From NCBI GenBank assembly GCA_965206695.1, contig CBDBKM010000010.1, forward strand, positions 448,001 to 512,000: a stretch of 64,000 nucleotides of DNA, written 5' to 3'. This document shows, one piece after another, positions 1 through 10,023 of this stretch. The DNA comes from Chlamydiales bacterium (GTDB lineage: Bacteria > Chlamydiota > Chlamydiia > Chlamydiales > JAAZZY01). The notes under the pieces were generated by a model. That model made no database searches. It was not told the DNA's origin and saw nothing but the letters and a program-made list of their open reading frames with translations. Position 1 is the first letter of the stretch, and each line of letters opens with the position of its first letter. The translations under genes and the position numbers were made by a program.

Positions 1-611
1 CTATGGAAGATTTCGTTTTAGATTTGTTGATTGATAGTGGACCACATTCACGCTCCGTCCAAGTTAAGTTAGCTCAATTTACGTTAATTGGAAGCGACAA
101 CCAGAACAGGATTATTAACCGCGCCATTACGGTCTCGTTTTGCTTTATCAACTAGATTAGACTATTATAGTCCGGAAGTATTGCAAAAAATTTTGATTCG
201 TTCGGCTAAGATTTTGAATATGCAAATATCTCAAAAAGCTGCTTTAGAAATTGCTTGTCGTTCCCGTGGGAACGCCCCGTATCGCTAATAGCTTATTACG
301 GTGGGTTCGAGACTTTGCTTCTATAAAAGGAGATGGAAAAGTTGACCAAGTGATGGTTGATAAGGCTTTAAAAGATGCTTTCTATCGATAACAGGGGTTT
401 AGATGAGATGGATATGAAAATTCTTGGAGTTATTATTGACCATTATGATGGTGGTCCAGTAGGGTTAAATACTTTAGCAATTGCTATTGGTGAGGAAGGC
501 TCTACTTTAGAAGAAGTTTATGAGCCGTTTCTTATAATGGAGGGTTTTTTAAAACGTACTCCAAGAGGTAGGGAAGCAACGTCCCTGGCTTATCAACATA
601 TGGGAAGGTAA
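1..611 (+). CDS. ruvB: Holliday junction branch-migration helicase RuvB, 3' part, broken by three +1 frameshifts (error or pseudogene)
   Basis: Motifs MEDF, (G)[18 protein letters not shown](T)PRIAN, GGPVGL and [17 protein letters not shown] lie in successive frames; shifts near 92, 271 and 373. Confidence 0.9.
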
Positions 612-637
612 ATGTTAACATTCAAGGGAGAGTTTCA

Positions 638-1840
638 ATGATCTTAAGAGTCTTCTTAACTCTGTGGTTTTTAATCGCCAACCTGGCTTGTATTGAAGCC
701 GGACCGGTTTCGGTTGTAAAAAAATTATTTGTTATAGATGAAATAAAAGATACTCAGCCATCGATAAAAATTTTATTAGCCAGAGATTTAAATGGGGCTA
801 TCCTTGAAGTCAGAGGGGGATATAAAATTTATGATGCTGCAAATGATAAAAAGATTGGTAGTGGCATAATAGGTAAAAACTATTTTATACAGCCTTCTTC
901 AAGTGGGATCAAATGGGGAGAGTCTTTTCCCGGGATTTTTCAAATTAAATTAGTTCCAAATGAAGAGACCTGTTTGTGCTTAGTAAATGGCATTCAATAT
1001 TCAGGAAATATTTTTGTTTTTCAAATTGGAGACCGAATCAGTATAGTCAATGATGTAAATATTGAGGATTTTGTCAAAGTTGTTTTAGGGCAGATGTTTG
1101 CAAAAAAACAACATCCGGAAGTCTTAGCAGCTTTAGCCATTACTACTAGGACAGCAGCTTATTATCATGCTCTTCGCGGCGATTCCGCTTTTTGGCATCT
1201 CGATTCCGGAGTAATAGATTATCAAGGCTACGGCGTTACAATGCGAGATAATGGGATAGATAGTGCTGTTAATGCAACAAGGGCTTTAGTTCTGCAGGGA
1301 AATGATTTGTCATTAAATGGTTTTTTTGACGCAACTTTCACGAGCAATTGTGCCGGGAAAACAGCTCCTTATCATTTAATTTATCGAAAACATGGAAATG
1401 CTCCTTTAAAAGGCGTTGATACTCCATTCTCAGGTAAGGATAGAGATAAATGCAAATGGGAGTTTAGTTGTTCTTTAGAAGAATTAGCAGCTTTTACCGG
1501 TTTACCTAAAATTACCTCTTGCGAATTATATTCCGATGCCAATTCCGGTAAAGTTTATGGGGTTCGTTTTTATAATGAGAGCAATGCTTTAGACATGGAT
1601 TTTTTTACCTTACAAGGAATACTGGGTACGAATCACTTAAAGAGTAGTGATTTTATCGCCAGTTTAACTGAGGGTCAGATTAAATTTGCAGGATTTGGTG
1701 AAGGTCCGGGAGTTGGACTTTGTCTTTATAGCGCACAAATTATGGCTAAGAAAGGGCATGATGCAGCAGAAATCTTAGAAGCCTTTTTTCCGGATACGAA
1801 ATTGATTCTTGCTAACTCTCTAGATTTATTAGAACATTGA
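638..1840 (+). CDS. SpoIID/LytB-domain protein with signal peptide (chlamydial peptidoglycan remodelling)
   Basis: EVLAALAITTRTAAY and GFGEGPGVGLCLYSAQIMAKKG..AAEILEAFFP resemble SpoIID motifs; follows ruvB as in Chlamydia. Confidence 0.8.
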   Translation: MILRVFLTLWFLIANLACIEAGPVSVVKKLFVIDEIKDTQPSIKILLARDLNGAILEVRGGYKIYDAANDKKIGSGIIGKNYFIQPSSSGIKWGESFPGIFQIKLVPNEETCLCLVNGIQYSGNIFVFQIGDRISIVNDVNIEDFVKVVLGQMFAKKQHPEVLAALAITTRTAAYYHALRGDSAFWHLDSGVIDYQGYGVTMRDNGIDSAVNATRALVLQGNDLSLNGFFDATFTSNCAGKTAPYHLIYRKHGNAPLKGVDTPFSGKDRDKCKWEFSCSLEELAAFTGLPKITSCELYSDANSGKVYGVRFYNESNALDMDFFTLQGILGTNHLKSSDFIASLTEGQIKFAGFGEGPGVGLCLYSAQIMAKKGHDAAEILEAFFPDTKLILANSLDLLEH

Positions 1841-2865
1841 CATCTTTATCCGACTATCATTTCACATTACCTTCTGAATTGATCGCACAACACCCGCAAC
1901 AGGTGCGCGATCAATCTCGTTTAATGGTTATTGACCGTGAAACCGAAAATATTTCTCACAGAAAATTTTATGATATTAAAGAATATTTAAATGAAGATGA
2001 TGCCCTTATCCTTAATGACACCAAGGTTATACCTGCTCGTTTGATAGGAAAGCGAGAGACCGGTGGCAAAATCGAACTACTATTACTGAAACCTCTTGGA
2101 AGTGATACCTGGGAAGTATTAGCAAAACCCGGTCGTAAATTACGTTTAGGTCAAATGGTTTATTTTTCAAATGAGGTATCTGCTGAAATTTTGGCTAATC
2201 AAGATGAAAGACATTTCGTTGTTCGTTTTTATTTTTCAGGAGGCTTCCAAGATATTCTTAATGAAATAGGGCAAATGCCTCTTCCCCCTTATATTCATCG
2301 TGACAAACCGGATAAACAAGATATACATCGATATCAGACTATTTATGCGCGCCATACCGGAGCGATTGCAGCTCCAACTGCCGGTCTGCACTTCACAGAA
2401 AAGTTGCTCGGTAGCTTAGAAGAAAAACGTGTACAGTCAATTTATATCGCTCTTCACGTTGGATTAGGTACTTTTAATTCTGTAAAAAAAGAAGATATCC
2501 GTAATCATCATATGCATACGGAAGAATTTATCATCAATGATGAGGCGGCGAAGAGGTTAAATGTATTGCCGGTTAAAAACAACCATCTTTGCATAGGGAC
2601 AACTACTTTAAGAGCTCTTGAATCGGCTGTCAATATTGACGGGGACATTGTCGCCGGAAAACAAGAGACGAATATATTTATATACCCCGGATATAGGTTT
2701 AAATATGTTCAACGATTATTAACGAACTTTCATTTGCCAAAATCCACCTTATTAATATTGATTAGTGCATTTGCCGGTTATGAATTGATAATGCGAGCTT
2801 ATCGCGAGGCCGTTGAGAAGCAGTACCGATTTTTTTCTTATGGAGATGCCATGTTAATTTTATAA
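1837..2865 (+). CDS. queA: S-adenosylmethionine:tRNA ribosyltransferase-isomerase
   Basis: NDTKVIPARL, GQMPLPPYI, AAPTAGLHFT, TNFHLPKSTL, YRFFSYGDAMLI. Confidence 0.97.
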   Translation: MTSLSDYHFTLPSELIAQHPQQVRDQSRLMVIDRETENISHRKFYDIKEYLNEDDALILNDTKVIPARLIGKRETGGKIELLLLKPLGSDTWEVLAKPGRKLRLGQMVYFSNEVSAEILANQDERHFVVRFYFSGGFQDILNEIGQMPLPPYIHRDKPDKQDIHRYQTIYARHTGAIAAPTAGLHFTEKLLGSLEEKRVQSIYIALHVGLGTFNSVKKEDIRNHHMHTEEFIINDEAAKRLNVLPVKNNHLCIGTTTLRALESAVNIDGDIVAGKQETNIFIYPGYRFKYVQRLLTNFHLPKSTLLILISAFAGYELIMRAYREAVEKQYRFFSYGDAMLIL

Positions 2866-3147
2866 GTTTAAAATAATTTATTTATATTTGTTTTATAAAC
2901 AAATTATTTTAACTTTTTTAAAATTGAAAGTTTGTCCATATTTATGTAGAATTTTGTTGGGATAACCGGAATTTAAAATAAAAACAGAGTTAAACAAAGG
3001 AAGTAATAGTATTAGGCAAGATTATAAAAATTATTGCATATTAAATACTATTTATTATATAATTATTTTACCATTTGAGAAGTAACCTAAACTTTGATTT
3101 AAAAATCACATTTTTTGATTTTACCCCTTAACGATAGGAGGAGATGT

Positions 3148-3642
3148 ATGTCACGTGAAAATGCAAAGGAAAATTTGCAGGAATTCGGTAAAGAATTGGG
3201 GTTAGAAGGCCTAGAGTTTGATGAAAATAATACCTGCATTTTGGGAATTGATGATGAATTCTCTATGCATATGACTTACGAACCTAATTCCGATAGACTC
3301 TATATATACTCTCCAATCATAGATGGTCTGCCAAAGGACCCACAGATCCGTTTGAGATTATACGAGAAGCTTATGGAAGGATCTATGTTAGGCGGTCAGA
3401 TGGCCGGCGGAGGTGTTGGAGTAGCATCTAAAGAAGAATTAATTTTAATGCATTGCATTATTGAAATGTCGCATGCCGGTCCTCATGCTTTACGAGCGTT
3501 TGCCCCATTGTATGTAGAAACCGTTGAAAAATGGCGCAAGACAGCTGCAGCTATTGTAGAAGGACGGGATGTAGAAGATTCTAAGTCCGACGCTCCAAGT
3601 TCATTTTCACCAAAACCCGGTGAGAATATCATAAAGATCTGA
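3148..3642 (+). CDS. slc1: CesT-family type III secretion effector chaperone (Slc1/CT043 orthologue)
   Basis: MSRENAKENL...FDENNTCIL...LYEKLMEGSMLGGQMAGGGVGVA matches my recollection of chlamydial CT043; AGGAG precedes ATG 3148; next to ssb. Confidence 0.9.
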   Translation: MSRENAKENLQEFGKELGLEGLEFDENNTCILGIDDEFSMHMTYEPNSDRLYIYSPIIDGLPKDPQIRLRLYEKLMEGSMLGGQMAGGGVGVASKEELILMHCIIEMSHAGPHALRAFAPLYVETVEKWRKTAAAIVEGRDVEDSKSDAPSSFSPKPGENIIKI

Positions 3643-3650
3643 TTCTTATT

Positions 3651-3690
3651 GCCTGAAGCCCTTATCTTTTCGTATCTTTAGGGCTCAGGT
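3651..3690 (+). terminator. Hairpin downstream of slc1, possible terminator
   Basis: CCTGA-AGCCCT ... AGGGCT-CAGG inverted repeat just after the stop; no clear U tract. Confidence 0.4.
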
Positions 3691-3992
3691 AAATTGTCTT
3701 ATATTTCTAAAAAATCTGCTACAGCTCTATTAAAGGATTCTAAAAGATTAAATTTTAAAAAAGTATCTATCTATTTGAATCCAATCATGAATTTTAATTT
3801 ATCCCTTAATTGATTTTATTGCATGAATTTGCTAGCTTATTTCAAAGCACTTCAAAAGCTACTCCTTGATTATTAAAGATTTAAAGATTTTTTTTTAATT
3901 ACCGGTTCTTATGAGGTTACTTCGACACTTTTATATTTCAATAAACAATGTTATAACAGTCGAGTCGAGAAAAACATGAAGAGGAAATCATT

Positions 3993-4433
3993 ATGAATAT
4001 AGTACAAGTAGCAGGACATTTAGGTGCAGATCCGGAAGAAAGGGTTACTCCTAGTGGGCAAAAAGTTGTCACTTTACGCATTGCTGCCAATAGCCGTAAA
4101 TCAGGTAAAGATGAAACCATATGGTGGCGCGTAACCATTTGGGGAGATCGTTTTGATAGGATGCTATCTTATCTAAAAAAAGGAAGCGGAATCATTGTTA
4201 TTGGCGAAATGAATAAGCCTGAGGTTTATAATGATCGAAATGGGAACCCTCAAGTTTCATTAGAATTGACCGCTGAAGTCATTCGCTTTAGTCCCTTTGG
4301 GCGATCTCAAGGGCAGACAAATACTGAGCCCGGATCTACAACGGAACAATCCGGACAGACAGAGGAAAGGTTTGCCGGTGTAGCCGCCCCTGCACAAGGA
4401 AATGCTGCAGACGGGGATGATATACCTTTTTAA
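3993..4433 (+). CDS. ssb: Single-stranded DNA-binding protein
   Basis: OB-fold start AGHLGADPE; acidic DDIPF C-terminus. Confidence 0.97.
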   Translation: MNIVQVAGHLGADPEERVTPSGQKVVTLRIAANSRKSGKDETIWWRVTIWGDRFDRMLSYLKKGSGIIVIGEMNKPEVYNDRNGNPQVSLELTAEVIRFSPFGRSQGQTNTEPGSTTEQSGQTEERFAGVAAPAQGNAADGDDIPF

Positions 4434-4460
4434 GGAATGAAGTAGATATAAGGAAGCACC

Positions 4461-5900
4461 ATGCAATACAATTTTGTTAAAGAGATACGAAAACGCACAA
4501 GCGCTGATCTTTTGGTGCTTCCTTTTTGTCATAATAAATCTAAAAAAATCGTGCCTGTTTTTAATTTAAAGAAACATATTGGTGAGATCCGAATTTCCCC
4601 TAAACCGGATATTTTTTTTGCTAATGAAGGAGAGTCTCTTTGTCTTTCTTCAAACAAACAAAAAGAGAAATATTTTTTATTACTGGGTTTAGGAGAGGAA
4701 AAGTCCCTTACAACTAAAATTCTTACACGCGTTTTTGCTGAGATGACAAAACTATGTCTAACAAAACACTTAGAAAGGGTAAATGTCATATTTCCGGAAG
4801 TAAAATCATTAGAAGAAACGAGTGTTTTAAAGAGTATCTGCGAAGGAATTGCTTTAACAAATTATATTTATGATACTGTTCAAAAAGGTTCAATTCATGA
4901 AATTAACGAGTCATTATTAAAGAAAATCACCTTGATAGGATTGCCTAAGGCTCATCACGCAATAGCGAAAAAAGCGCTAAGTATTCCTGTTCATTTAGCC
5001 GGTGATATAGTTAATGAGAAAACAGATGTTATGACAGCTAAATATTTAGCCTCTATAGCAAATGATTTACAAAAAGAACTCTCTAATATCGAAATGTTTG
5101 ATTCAAGTAAAAGAGTGATTGATCAAGAAGGAATAGGGATACTTATACCTGTAAATAAAAATTCACAACTAGGTCCTGCTTATATTGCCCTTTATGATAA
5201 GGGAGATCCTCAGTCAGAGTCAGGCTTAGAGCACCAACGACATAACCGGAGTTGTTCTGAACCATCAGATATGGATGAGATATTACCTTTATTTGATTCT
5301 CAATTTTCTTCTAAAAACTATCATTTAAAAACGACTAAAAAAGGCATTATAGTTTCAGTGGAATCTTGTATGTTAGCCTTAAGCCATCAATCCGGATATG
5401 TTTTAGAAAACATTAATCCAAAAGCCGGCGATGTTTTAAATGCTGATCCGGAAGGAAGCCTGATGTTAGCTGATATTAAGCTTAAATCTATGAATATGAT
5501 TGATATTGCCACAATGACAGAGGGTGTTGTAGTTGCTCTTGGTAGTTCTATAATGGGTTTAATGAGTAATGAAGGTGAAATAGCGGCAACTTTAGTAAAA
5601 GCCACTGAAGAGGGCGGAGAAGATATTTGGTGCTTGCCTTTGTATAACGACTGTAGATTCCATTTGCATTCCGAACTAGCGGATGTAAAACCTGTTTCAG
5701 GAAGGACTCATTATGCTGATGCTGTTGTAGCCGGGCTTTTTTTACAAGAATTTGTAGATGGTATTCCTTGGACACACCTCGATATAGCCAAAACAGCTCT
5801 TCTTGCTCCTCTAAATAAACGCTCTTCATCCGGTACTACCGGTGTAGAACCAAGCCTTATGATTGCCTTTCTTGAGGATTTAATGGACTCTGAAAGTTAA
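4461..5900 (+). CDS. pepA: M17 leucyl aminopeptidase-like protein with degenerate active site
   Basis: Syntenic after ssb; NADPEGSLMLAD, IDIATMTEG and WTHLDIA recognisable, but the GKG.TFDSGG and MK.DM metal-binding segments are absent. Confidence 0.75.
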   Translation: MQYNFVKEIRKRTSADLLVLPFCHNKSKKIVPVFNLKKHIGEIRISPKPDIFFANEGESLCLSSNKQKEKYFLLLGLGEEKSLTTKILTRVFAEMTKLCLTKHLERVNVIFPEVKSLEETSVLKSICEGIALTNYIYDTVQKGSIHEINESLLKKITLIGLPKAHHAIAKKALSIPVHLAGDIVNEKTDVMTAKYLASIANDLQKELSNIEMFDSSKRVIDQEGIGILIPVNKNSQLGPAYIALYDKGDPQSESGLEHQRHNRSCSEPSDMDEILPLFDSQFSSKNYHLKTTKKGIIVSVESCMLALSHQSGYVLENINPKAGDVLNADPEGSLMLADIKLKSMNMIDIATMTEGVVVALGSSIMGLMSNEGEIAATLVKATEEGGEDIWCLPLYNDCRFHLHSELADVKPVSGRTHYADAVVAGLFLQEFVDGIPWTHLDIAKTALLAPLNKRSSSGTTGVEPSLMIAFLEDLMDSES

Positions 5901-6045
5901 ATCATTTTCAAATTTCTCTCTTTTATTTTTAGGTGATGTTAAGCCTATTTTAGCGATTTGCGGTTGCAAACCGGAAAATTTGACAGGATACAGGCATAGT
6001 TATCCTCTAACTTAAAGAAACATTTGGAAAATTAAGCATTAATAA

Positions 6046-7139
6046 GACTCCTGCATAACTGACTTGATAATAGTTTTTAAAACTCACTGATTGTCTAAGC
6101 TTATTTTTCATATTTAAAGTAATAGCGGGTTTTATAATATCCCAATCTTATTGATAAAACGAGATTTTATCTCACCTCCTTCGCTTAAATTTGTGTAACC
6201 AAGCATAAATAGACACAAAAATATGATTTCGTTGCGCTCGTGCGTTACAAGACTGCCGGCGCTCAAGGCCATAAGTTTGTTTCAATTCCCTATGATAAAC
6301 TTCTATTTTCTAACGAATCTTCATGATTTTTTTACCGTCATTACGACCGGATCCTTCAATATTAGTGACCACATAATCAATACGACCATTTTTAGCCGGA
6401 AACTTAAAAGCCGTAATAAAACCATAACCGCGCAAGTGAATGCTTAGTCCTTCATACGGAATATCCAAAGCTTCCAAACTTACATTTCGATTAACTTTTT
6501 TATTGTTACGCAAACCGGTGACAAAATTTAACCCTATATCTCCGGTAGACTTTAAATTTTTTAAACCAAAATACCATGCATCCATAACGAGTACTTGGAG
6601 GTTAGAGCCTCGATTTTGAGTCGGTTTAAGCATTGCTAAACAATGAGCATCACTATCCTTATCATACATTCTATCGTCCACAGGAACGTATTGCTCTGAG
6701 TGTATCCCATATCATAAAAGATTAACCCAACCGATTCCTGCTATAACATCATGTACATATCCGGAATATTGGTCATTTACAATCTCTATTTTTTACTATG
6801 CGTTGTTGAAAGACCCGATATCGTCCACAATAAGTACACCCGGCTGGCTCCTCCATATCGATAGAGTGCTTTACGGTTTCAAAAATTTCTTTAGATTGAA
6901 ATTTTTTATCCTTTAACCGGCGGCTAATGCTGTCATGTGACAATTGATCACGGCAAATTTTTGACATCGCAAGCCCGGAATATTTCATACTGCTTGCTTG
7001 AATGAAGGTACTATATCATTCCTTTGTGCATGTATGTAACGGCATTTTGCCCCAACAAAAGAGGAATATGGTACCCTAATTGAACAAATTGTTTAAACAA
7101 TTATTTTAATAACGTATTTCTATAGCGCGAAACTCCTGC
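6046..7139 (-). mobile_element. IS701-family transposase remnant (frameshifted)
   Basis: SHDSISR, VMDAWY, LRGYG and GRIDYVVTN in several frames; CAGGAG-type termini; paralogous to 9058-10022. Confidence 0.8.
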
Positions 7140-7224
7140 TTGAGTCTTATGACTGTGATAAGTGATCTAAAACAGAAGGTAACCCCGGAAAAAGAAGACG
7201 ATATCTTGCTTTTGCATATATATA

Positions 7225-8161
7225 TAGTACTTTAATTTTTATTTGATAATATGTTATCCTTCTTTTTTTATACAAACAATAAGGACAAAACAATGCCTAG
7301 AGCCTATTCAGTAGATCTCCGAGAGAAAGTATGACAACATATAGAAAAACATCATGATAAAAAAACAGCCGGCCATATTTTTCAAGTAGGTATCGCAACA
7401 ATATATCGATGGATCTTGCAAAAAAAGCAAAAAGGACATTTAAAGCCAATCCGCAGAAAATATGCTTATAAGAAATTAGATGATGAGTTGTTATCTAAAT
7501 ATGTAGAAAAACATCCGGATTATTTTTTATCGGAAATTGCTGATTATTTTTCAGTCACTCCGCAAACGATTTTTTATGCCCTTAAAAGATTAAAAATTAC
7601 ACGAAAAAAAAAACTACTCGCTATAAGGAAAGAGATGAAAAGAAACGGGAAGCTTTTATGAAAGATTTAAAAAATATTCCCTTTGACAAGAGAATTTATC
7701 TCGATGAAACCGGGATTCATCAATTTTTATTTCGTGAGTCCGGAAGAAGCTTACGCGGCAAAAAGAGTTTTTGGAGCGGTTTCAGGAAACCGCTTTATAA
7801 GGCAAAATATTATTTCAGCCCTATCTAAAGGGCAGTTTTTATCTCCAATGTGTTTTGAAGGTACTTGTAATACCGGGTTATTCAATATTTGGCTTAAGGA
7901 AAGTTTTGACTCCTCAGCTTACACCCGGTAGTGTTCTTATTCTTGACAATGCCGGTTTTCACAAGTCAGCGGAAAGCAGGAAAATAGTAGAATCTGCCGG
8001 TTGTAAGCTTATGTTTCTTCCTCCATATTCTCCGGACTTAAATCCTATAGAAAAATATTGGGCTAATATGAAAAATAAAGTTAGAGAGATATTACGAAAA
8101 GTTACGAATTTTAAATTCGCCATTGATCAAGCAATCTTATCAATATAAAATTAAATGACTA
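7225..8161 (+). mobile_element. IS630-family element copy 1 (orfA nonsense, two extra bases in orfB)
   Basis: TAGTA..TTAATTTT / AAAATTAAATGACTA ends, TA flanks, LPPYSPDLNPIE. Confidence 0.95.
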
Positions 8162-8334
8162 TAGTGGTTGAAACGGTAATTTTCATCACTAATTCGGTAG
8201 AATAGAAAAGGAAGTTTATTTATAAAAAAATCAATAAAATAACAATAATATTTATATTAAATTAATAAAGATTATTTACAATTAAATGATAAAGTCGTTT
8301 ATATTATATTAAAAATATTGGATATCATAAAAAT

Positions 8335-9051
8335 ATGAGTACTATAAATTTTTCTACAGACCCCCCCCCCCTAACTGACTCATGCCCTATCTGTTTCAGT
8401 AGTAATACTAATATTAGTGATACCGGTAATATTAGTGATAAATATGTGGTGCACACTCAAGGACAGGGACACTTGCACCCGATACATGGCAAATGTTTGC
8501 GTGCATGGGCAAAGGCTATAACAGGAGATACAGTAGAGTGTTTTTTCTGTAAACTACCTATTTCCAAAAGAAGTATTCAAAAACTTTTAATAGGGGTCGG
8601 TGAAAGAACAGGAGAGAGGATTGGTGCTTACATTGACAAGATTATTAGTCTATGGACACCGGAAGACTCAATAAATTTTAAGGCGCCTATGATCGCTGCT
8701 TGTTGCCTGGGATTCGCTCTTATCTTAACGGGTTTTGTATCTACTTATTATGATGCTGAATCTACTTTTTATGATGCTGAATCTACTTTTCCAAGCGATT
8801 CAGATCAGACAGATGAAATAAACCGTCATATAATTGAACTTAGACGTCACATTAATGAAATGAAAAAACCTCTTGGTAACACTCAAACAGCTCTGTTTGT
8901 GTCCGGCGGTTCCCTATCAATGATGTCATATATTCTAGCCCTGATAGGTCTCAACTATCCAAATGCTTTTGTTAGTTTAGGAAGGAAAATTGGTGAGGTT
9001 TTTGACTATGTAATAGATAAAGCCGGGAGAAATTTCGTGCTTAATGGTTAA
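8335..9051 (+). CDS. RING-finger (RING-H2-like) membrane protein, candidate secreted E3 ubiquitin ligase effector
   Basis: CPIC...HLHPIHGKCLRAW...CFFC; two hydrophobic segments; Ser/Thr-rich N-terminus. Confidence 0.7.
   Translation: MSTINFSTDPPPLTDSCPICFSSNTNISDTGNISDKYVVHTQGQGHLHPIHGKCLRAWAKAITGDTVECFFCKLPISKRSIQKLLIGVGERTGERIGAYIDKIISLWTPEDSINFKAPMIAACCLGFALILTGFVSTYYDAESTFYDAESTFPSDSDQTDEINRHIIELRRHINEMKKPLGNTQTALFVSGGSLSMMSYILALIGLNYPNAFVSLGRKIGEVFDYVIDKAGRNFVLNG
8740..8790 (+). repeat. 21-bp tandem repeat encoding ST(Y/F)YDAE
   Basis: TCTACTTATTATGATGCTGAA TCTACTTTTTATGATGCTGAA TCTACTTTT. Confidence 0.85.
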
Positions 9052-9057
9052 TACATA

Positions 9058-10022
9058 CAGGAGTTTTATGCGTAAGCGTTAACACATAGCCAACATATTT
9101 TTCATATTTAAAGTAATAGCGAGCTTTATCATTTCCCAATCTTGTTGATAAACAGATATTGTATCTCGCCTCCTTTGCTTAAATTGCTATAGACATAAAA
9201 ATATGATTTCGTTACGCTCGTATGCGTTACGAGACTGCCTGCGCTCAAGGCCATAAGTTTGTTTCAATTCCCTATGATAAACTTCTATTTTCTAACGAAT
9301 CTTCATGATTTTTTTAACGTCATTACGACCGGATTCTTCAATATTAGTGACCACATAATCAATACGACCATTTTTAGCCGGAAACTTGAAAGCCGTAATA
9401 AAACCATAACCGCGCAAGTGAATGCTTAGTCCTTCATACGGAATATCCAAATCTTCCAAACTTACATTTCGATTAACTTTTCTATTGTTACGCAAACCGG
9501 TGACAAAATTTAATCCTATATCTCCGGTAGACTTTAAAGTTTGTTTTTTTAAACTAGAATACCATGCGTCCATAACGACTACTTGAGGATTAAAGCCTCG
9601 GTTTTGACTCCGTTTAAGCATTTCTAAACAATAAGCATTCTTTGTTTTGCCGTCCTTATCATACATTCTATAATCTACAAGAACGTATTGCTCCGCATTA
9701 TATCCCATATCATAAAAGATTGACCAAACCGATTCCTGCTATAACATCATGTACATACCTGGAATATTGGTCATTTACAAGCTCTATTTTTTTACTATGC
9801 GTTTTTGAAAGACCGGTATCGTCTACAATCAGTACACCCGGCTCCTCCATATCGATAAACTGCTTTACGGTTTCAAAAATTTCTTTAGGTTGAAATTTTT
9901 TATCTTTTAACCGGCGGCGAATGGTGTCATATGACAATTTATCAGGGCAAACGTTTGACATCGCAAGATCGGAATATCTCAATACTGCTTGCTTGAATGA
10001 AGGTGCTATATCATTCCTTTGT
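9058..10022 (-). mobile_element. IS701-family transposase remnant, 5' end cut by an IS5-family element
   Basis: GVLIVDDT, VVVMDAWY, DGKTKN; highly similar to 6046-7139. Confidence 0.8.
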
Positions 10023-10023
10023 A

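Noticed and set aside
7331..7336. TGA recoding (alternative genetic code) to explain the in-frame TGA of IS630 orfA
   Set aside because: The intact allele is TTA (Leu), not TGG. Housekeeping genes have no internal TGA, and several (slc1, pdhA, aclB) end at TGA.
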